Position numbers and translations under genes: made by a program
Notes under the pieces: model-generated
What the model was told of the DNA's origin: nothing
What the model saw: the letters and a program-made list of their open reading frames with translations, nothing else
Databases searched by the model: none
In this document: positions 58,516-64,000 of the stretch, one piece after another
How the letters are laid out: each line of letters opens with the position of its first letter
Position numbering within the stretch: the stretch's first letter is position 1
Assembly (NCBI GenBank): GCA_963718875.1
Contig: OY970378.1
Location: 1,075,691 to 1,139,690, forward strand
Direction: 5' to 3'
DNA from: Candidatus Parcubacteria bacterium
Lineage (GTDB): Bacteria > Patescibacteriota > Saccharimonadia > UBA4664 > JBIOIQ01
Length of the DNA stretch: 64,000 nt

Positions 58516-59763
58516 ATGCGCAAACTAAAAGTTGCTATGATCGCGCCGCCGTGGTTAAAAATCCCACCCAAAGGTTATGGCGGAATTGAAACTGTGTTGG
58601 ATTATTTAGTCCCTGGTTTGCAAAAATTGGGTTGCGACGTTACCTTGTTTTCCATTGGTGCTACCGACATGCCTGGAGTCGACACGCGCTACTTTTACGA
58701 AGAAGAGCAGTATTCTCATATCCACAAAGAAATTTACGACGTGGCGGCAATTCCGATTACACAAGCTTTGTTTGCCTTAAATCAAATTCGCGAAAGCGGT
58801 GATTACGACATTATTCATAACCACAATGGTTATATTGGAGATGCAATCATGGCGTTTCTTGATCCGGCACATTTTCCACCAGTAGTTAATACTCTTCATG
58901 GTCCTTTCGTTAACCATGAAAATGAAATATTCGATTATCGTTCGATGTACGCAGAGATGGCTTTAGCTAAGCGCAGTTTTTACGTAAGTATTTCTGAGGC
59001 GATGGTAGCGACTGCGCCTGATGCTATCCGCCCACAGCTGCTAGGGACAGTCCATAATGCAGTAAAGCTGGAGGAGTGGCCATTTCAGCCAAGGAAAAGT
59101 GATTATTTTGTAACGCTGGCGCGTTTTACTAAAGACAAAGGTCAAGACATTGCCATTAAACTGTGTCAAAAGCTGGGTATTAAACTGAGAATGTCTGGAG
59201 TAGTAGCAGGAATTACCAACTCACGGAAACTTTTACTTGAACTAGCAAACCCTTTGAGCTCTTACAGAAATATGGCTGACTTTAAGTATTATAGCGACAA
59301 AATTTTTCCTCATATCGATTCAAGCATGATTGACTACGTCGGTAATGCCAGTGGCAAAGATAAAGTAAAGCTCTTGACCAAAGCGCGTGCATTACTCTTT
59401 CCAATCCGTTGGAACGAGCCATTTGGCGTAGCCGTGATCGAGGCTCTTGCATGTGGGACTCCAGTTATTGCCATGAATAAAGGCGCCATGCCTGAAATTA
59501 TCCAACATGGAGTAAACGGCTTTTTGGCCAATAGCGAAGATGAATTTGAAGAATATATGCAGCGAGTAGATGAAATTGACCCTGCCAAATGCCGTCAAAG
59601 CGTGAGAGATAATTTTTCGGCACCGGTAGCCGCTCGAAAGTATTTAGAAAAATATTACGAAGCGATGTTTCGAGTCGAACCTAACGAAACAATTTACAAA
59701 GCTTCGCGAGCTGGGTTACTACAAGCCGGAGCATTTGCTGAAATGCTAAACCAATATATTTAA
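58516..59763 (+). CDS. GT4 glycosyltransferase
   Basis: PP.GYGGIE, W.EPFG..VIEALACGTPV. Confidence 0.92.
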   Translation: MRKLKVAMIAPPWLKIPPKGYGGIETVLDYLVPGLQKLGCDVTLFSIGATDMPGVDTRYFYEEEQYSHIHKEIYDVAAIPITQALFALNQIRESGDYDIIHNHNGYIGDAIMAFLDPAHFPPVVNTLHGPFVNHENEIFDYRSMYAEMALAKRSFYVSISEAMVATAPDAIRPQLLGTVHNAVKLEEWPFQPRKSDYFVTLARFTKDKGQDIAIKLCQKLGIKLRMSGVVAGITNSRKLLLELANPLSSYRNMADFKYYSDKIFPHIDSSMIDYVGNASGKDKVKLLTKARALLFPIRWNEPFGVAVIEALACGTPVIAMNKGAMPEIIQHGVNGFLANSEDEFEEYMQRVDEIDPAKCRQSVRDNFSAPVAARKYLEKYYEAMFRVEPNETIYKASRAGLLQAGAFAEMLNQYI

Positions 59764-59772
59764 GTTGTCGCT

Positions 59773-60264
59773 TTAATGAGAGCCTTTGGGCTTTATAAAC
59801 ATCCCAACAATAATGGCTATTGGCACTGCGGCTAGCCATACTAGGCGCAGATTAAACAGTTGAGTCGCAATCTGGGAATTGTTGAGGTATTCTACTGTCG
59901 TCTTAGGATCCATTAAATGCATGTAGCTTGCCACTATTAGGCAGGCGATCAACACGCTAGTGACAAGTGTAATAATAAGGCCTTTTTGGTGCTTTTTTGA
60001 CTTTGAATGTTTCCCAAAGGCCAAAAACAAAATTGGAGCTACAAATAGACTTAGGCGGATGCTGGCGGGAGCAAAGGACTGCCCGTGGCCGTTTACAAAG
60101 TCACCCACTATCCCGCTGAGCTCGTAGGCTAGAGCCAGGCCAACATAGATCGTCAATGCGAATGATCTCAGGCGTTCTTGGCCGAGGGCAAACCCAAACA
60201 GGACTACCAGAGCAAACGTGCCCAGAATTACAACATCAACCGATAAATTTATATGTGGTAGCAT
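59773..60264 (-). CDS. Multi-pass membrane protein (CvpA-like)
   Basis: Five hydrophobic segments. Confidence 0.6.
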   Translation of the reverse strand: MLPHINLSVDVVILGTFALVVLFGFALGQERLRSFALTIYVGLALAYELSGIVGDFVNGHGQSFAPASIRLSLFVAPILFLAFGKHSKSKKHQKGLIITLVTSVLIACLIVASYMHLMDPKTTVEYLNNSQIATQLFNLRLVWLAAVPIAIIVGMFIKPKGSH

Positions 60265-60356
60265 TTTTATTACGCTTAAGCTTCTTCTGTAAGTATACCA
60301 CGACGACAAGCGCTCCTAGCAATCAATGGGCCTATCAGGTTACAATTAAGGTTGTT

Positions 60357-61538
60357 ATGCCAAATTGGATTCACAATGCCGTTATATACCAAATATTTAT
60401 AGACCGCTTCGCTGGCTATGCCCCAAACGCGGACGATTCCAGGCCAGAGTGGTGCGGCGGTAATTTAGCCGGGATAACAAGTAAACTAGACTATCTTGCA
60501 GATTTAGGGGCAACTGCATTGTGGGCCACCCCTTTTTTAAAAGCCGCTGATTACCATGGCTATAGTACGGTTGACTTATACCAAGTAGACCCCCATTTTG
60601 GTACGCTAGCTGATGCAAAAAAACTGGTCCAGGAGTGCCATAAACGCGGTATTAAATTTATTTTGGACTTTACCGCCAACCATGTATCGGAATACCATCC
60701 ATTTTTTATTGAGGCAAAAAGAGATCAAAAAAGCCCATACCGCGATTGGTTTTACTTTGACCCTAAAAATCCTGATACTTATTTAACATTTTTACAATTT
60801 ACGACTTTGCCCAAGATTAATTTGGATTTTGGCCCAGCCAGAGAGCATGTAATAGGTAGTGCATTACATTGGATTTCTGAGCTCGATATTGACGGAATTC
60901 GTCTGGATCATGCGGTAGGTCCAAGTTTGGACTTTTGGAGTGAGTTTGGACGACGTTGCCGAGAGTTAAAACAGGATATTGTACTGCTTGGAGAAGTGGC
61001 TTTTTTTGGTGTTAAACCAATTGATCTAAAAACTTTTTTACTGCCAAGTGCGCGGCGAATTTATTGGAGCAATAAAATGTTGATCGGAGACCCTTTTGCG
61101 GCTGCAGTAAAAGAATATGTAGGCATACTTGATGGCTGTTTTGATTTTGGTTTTCGTGAAACGATGGATAGGTTTGCAAAGGATGAATTAGACGAGAGTC
61201 AGGTGCGAAAAAGGCTTGCCAAACATTATCGTCGCTTACCGGCTAAATATATACTTCCGACTTTTCTAGACAATCAAGACTATAGCCGATATTTATACCT
61301 AGCCAACCAGAGTTACGACAAACTTAAAGCCGCTTTAACCATTCAGTTTAGCTTTCCACACCCTAAAGTTATTTATTACGGCAGTGAAGTTGGCATGACC
61401 CATAAAGACGTGGTGGTGCAAAACTCTGGCTGGGCCGGAGACTTACCCACTAGACGTAAAATGAATTGGAATCCAAACGCCAAAGAGCAGGAGCTGTTAG
61501 GATTTTATAAAGAGCTAATTGCAAAATCAAAGGCTTGA
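60357..61538 (+). CDS. GH13 alpha-amylase family (neopullulanase/cyclomaltodextrinase-like)
   Basis: YQIFIDRF, YHGY, D...NH, GIRLD, GEV, FLDNQD, YYGSE; start at ATG 60357. Confidence 0.9.
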   Translation: MPNWIHNAVIYQIFIDRFAGYAPNADDSRPEWCGGNLAGITSKLDYLADLGATALWATPFLKAADYHGYSTVDLYQVDPHFGTLADAKKLVQECHKRGIKFILDFTANHVSEYHPFFIEAKRDQKSPYRDWFYFDPKNPDTYLTFLQFTTLPKINLDFGPAREHVIGSALHWISELDIDGIRLDHAVGPSLDFWSEFGRRCRELKQDIVLLGEVAFFGVKPIDLKTFLLPSARRIYWSNKMLIGDPFAAAVKEYVGILDGCFDFGFRETMDRFAKDELDESQVRKRLAKHYRRLPAKYILPTFLDNQDYSRYLYLANQSYDKLKAALTIQFSFPHPKVIYYGSEVGMTHKDVVVQNSGWAGDLPTRRKMNWNPNAKEQELLGFYKELIAKSKA

Positions 61539-61798
61539 CTATGGAAAGAGATGAGCGATTTTTGGATAGTGACAGCCGAGTTGTTCAATGGCCATCCAAG
61601 CAGGCAGATAAAGAATCAATTTTGGGATACTTAGCTAGCAAGTTTAGTAAGGAGCGGCCTTATAGCGAAATTGAAGTAAATGAAATATTGAAAGAATGGC
61701 ATACCTTTAGTGATTGGCCATTGCTGCGGCGTGAACTTTATGAGCGTGGTTATTTCGACCGGAACATCTCGGGGAGTGAGTACCGGCGACTGAAATGA
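61535..61798 (+). CDS. DUF2087-like protein
   Basis: WPSK..Y.E.EVN..L...D...LRR.L...G...R...Y. Confidence 0.8.
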   Translation: MTMERDERFLDSDSRVVQWPSKQADKESILGYLASKFSKERPYSEIEVNEILKEWHTFSDWPLLRRELYERGYFDRNISGSEYRRLK

Positions 61799-61880
61799 CA
61801 TGACGACTCGACAGATCGACTTGTTTAGTTTATAATTTGGCATTAGGTGAATCCAACGAGTCTTTCGAGGAGGAGTTGAC

Positions 61881-62540
61881 ATGAGCAAAAGCCACACGAT
61901 TTGCATTGATGGAGGTCCGGGGTCTGGAAAGAGCACTGTCGGGATGATGCTCGCCCGATTGCTCGGGTACAGGTTCTTCAGCGCAGGTGATCACTTCCGA
62001 ACCTTCGCTCTGGCTGCACTTCGATATGGAGTTATCCAAGATGGCGAGGTCGACATGACTCGCTGTTTGGAGCTACTTGGCAATGTCGGCATAACAACCG
62101 ACGGCCGCGGAAGCTTCTATCTAAACGGTCTGTTGTTCAAGCAGACTGAGCTTCACTCCAAAGAAGCGACGGCGGCAGTCCACCTCGTAGCAGCAGTGCA
62201 GGAAGTGCGCGATTGGCACAACCGATGCATGCGTGACTATGCCGCAGGGCACGACGGGTGCGTCGTGTTCGAGGGACGACTGACGTGGGAGGTCTTCTCT
62301 GAGGCCATGCACTTTGCCTTCCGCGTACGCGACGAAGTCGCTCACCAGCGGACGACGAGCGGTAAAGGTGCTGACGTGGCGGAAGTCAACCACGATCGGC
62401 ACCGACACGATCTCACAAGGAAAGTTGCTCCAGTTAAGGAAGCTCCGGACGCCCACGTCATTGACACCTCCGATCGAACCCCCGATTCGGTGGTTGAGGA
62501 GATAGATCGAGTCAGAAAAGAGTGGCTGGTCGCCGTATAG
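61881..62540 (+). CDS. cmk: Cytidylate kinase-like protein, GC-rich
   Basis: IDGGPGSGKST, G..FR, EGR, R...D..R..AP, IDTS; TCGACA-N17-TATAAT at 61808-61836; hairpin 62588-62613. Confidence 0.75.
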   Translation: MSKSHTICIDGGPGSGKSTVGMMLARLLGYRFFSAGDHFRTFALAALRYGVIQDGEVDMTRCLELLGNVGITTDGRGSFYLNGLLFKQTELHSKEATAAVHLVAAVQEVRDWHNRCMRDYAAGHDGCVVFEGRLTWEVFSEAMHFAFRVRDEVAHQRTTSGKGADVAEVNHDRHRHDLTRKVAPVKEAPDAHVIDTSDRTPDSVVEEIDRVRKEWLVAV

Positions 62541-62677
62541 CCACTTTCGTAGCACTTAACCGGTCGGATCATCAAATCTGACTGGTCGGCGGGATCCAAG
62601 TATGGATCCCGCCACAACCCAAGGTTTTAATCGCAACGATTGAAGTTTTAGGTTGTCATGACAGCATCAAGACTATT

Positions 62678-62728
62678 GCCTGAGCCTGTCGAAGGCCTTA
62701 CTTTTATGCCCTTCGATTACACTCAGGG
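62678..62728. repeat. CCTGAGCCTGTCGAAGG-family palindrome pair
   Basis: Copies at 62678-62696 and 62709-62728; others at 21451, 23866, 38369, 52436. Confidence 0.7.
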
Positions 62729-62754
62729 TCTTCGACAGGGAATAAAAGAAACGA

Positions 62755-63855
62755 CTAGCCAAACAACCCTTTACGTTTGGGTTCGGCGGCAAATTGTTCC
62801 AATAGTTGCTTTTGGTGACTAGTAAGTTTGGTGGGGATTTCAACGGTCACTTCTATTAAATGATCCCCTCTCCCCCTTCCGCTGGTATGCGGAACTCCCC
62901 GTTCACTAAGTTTAAAAATTTTACCGCTTTGGGTGCCGGCTGGTATTTTAAGTTTAACATTTCCGTCCACCGTTTCTATCTGCACTTCAGTACCAAGGGC
63001 GGCCTGGACCATGCTGATAGTGGCTTCAGAAATAATGTTTTGACCTTCGCGGTTAAAGCGTTTGTCGCGGCGGACTCGAATATGGATGTATAAGTCACCT
63101 CTATGACCACCTTGGACGGCTTCACCTTGCCCAGTCATTCGAATTGTGTTGCCTTGGTCAACTCCGGCCGGTATTTTGGCCGTAATTTTTTTGGTGTGGC
63201 GAATAACGCCGCGGCCGTTACATTTTGTACAAGGCTTTTCGGGAATTTCACCGATGCCGTGACAGGTGTTACACGGACGGGTTTGGCGGATAGAGCCAAG
63301 GATGGTTTGTTGGACGGAAGCCACCTGTCCGCTACCCTGACATGTAGGGCAGGTTTTTAGCCTGGTTCCGGGCTCCGCGCCCTTGCCATGGCACCGGTCG
63401 CATTCATCTTGCAGTTCAAAAGCCAGCTCGCGCTCTATGCCAAAAACAGCTTCCTGAAAAGTTAAGTCGATGCCAACTTCGATGTCTCGACCGCGGCGTT
63501 CGCGCTGACCACCCCCGCCAAAACCGCCGCCCATGAACTGACTTAGTATGTCGCCCATGTCAAAACCGGCACCGTTAAAATCAAAGCCTCCAAAACCTTG
63601 GGCTCCGCCCCCTCCCCCACCGTTCCCGCCTGGACCGAAGGGTCCGCTGTGGCCATATTGATCGTACTGAGCCTTCTTTTGAGGGTCCTTTAACACATCA
63701 TAGGCCTCGCCCAGCTCCTTAAACTTGGTGTCGTCGCCACCGTGTTTGTCGGGATGGTGCTGCATGGCTTGCTTGCGATAGGCGCGCTTAATCTCGTCCG
63801 CCGAGGCTGACTTTGCAACTCCTAGAACTTCATAGTAATCGCGTTTATCGGCCAT
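62755..63855 (-). CDS. dnaJ: Chaperone DnaJ
   Basis: HPD J-domain, G/F region, four CxxCxGxG repeats. Confidence 0.98.
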   Translation of the reverse strand: MADKRDYYEVLGVAKSASADEIKRAYRKQAMQHHPDKHGGDDTKFKELGEAYDVLKDPQKKAQYDQYGHSGPFGPGGNGGGGGGAQGFGGFDFNGAGFDMGDILSQFMGGGFGGGGQRERRGRDIEVGIDLTFQEAVFGIERELAFELQDECDRCHGKGAEPGTRLKTCPTCQGSGQVASVQQTILGSIRQTRPCNTCHGIGEIPEKPCTKCNGRGVIRHTKKITAKIPAGVDQGNTIRMTGQGEAVQGGHRGDLYIHIRVRRDKRFNREGQNIISEATISMVQAALGTEVQIETVDGNVKLKIPAGTQSGKIFKLSERGVPHTSGRGRGDHLIEVTVEIPTKLTSHQKQLLEQFAAEPKRKGLFG

Positions 63856-64000
63856 TACTTCTTAGCTTTCTTTAACATTATAGTTGTCAGTATCAAGCCG
63901 AGACCTGCAAAAACCAGATCTGCTGGCTTGTACTGGATCGGGCCGGAGCCATTCAAGTATCGATCATACATCTGCGGATAATTAAGGTAAAGCTTGCCAT

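Noticed and set aside
1-64000. CRISPR array
   Set aside because: No regularly spaced repeats with unique spacers seen; the Cas4-like gene stands alone

Overview
This window looks like part of a small AT-rich Patescibacteria (CPR) chromosome, probably Saccharimonadia. That is an inference from gene content: type IV pilus operon without pilQ, ComEC, DUF5659/DUF5663-type proteins, many near-leaderless genes and dispersed short palindromes. Positions 1-~9950 are the right part of an integrative element at tRNA-His, with a large serine recombinase, replication and terminase-small-like ORFs, a CglI/NgoAVII-type M-R-Z1 restriction system and a Panacea/PemK-like toxin-antitoxin pair. The rest holds four more tRNAs (Arg, Gly, Pro, Lys), hup, rny, tsaBE, pyrB, carAB, the pil operon, ruvA/B/C, yebC, comEC, glycogen genes, dnaJ, a RAYT with its REP family and a frameshifted IS30. 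Most striking: (1) an actinobacterial-type ubiquitin-like Pup gene (C-terminal KGGQ) with no pupylation or proteasome genes in the window; (2) about nine dispersed mostly GC-rich single-gene units, including pup, most with a sigma70-like promoter, all with a strong SD and most with a long GC hairpin, contrasting with near-leaderless core genes; (3) an M23/PG-binding/ricin hydrolase flanked by two diverged homologous exported proteins; (4) a GIY-YIG nuclease bracketed by a duplicated tRNA-His 5' end; (5) RAYT-type REPs placed at gene ends that delimit blocks including carAB. All calls come from reading motifs by eye; no database searches were run.
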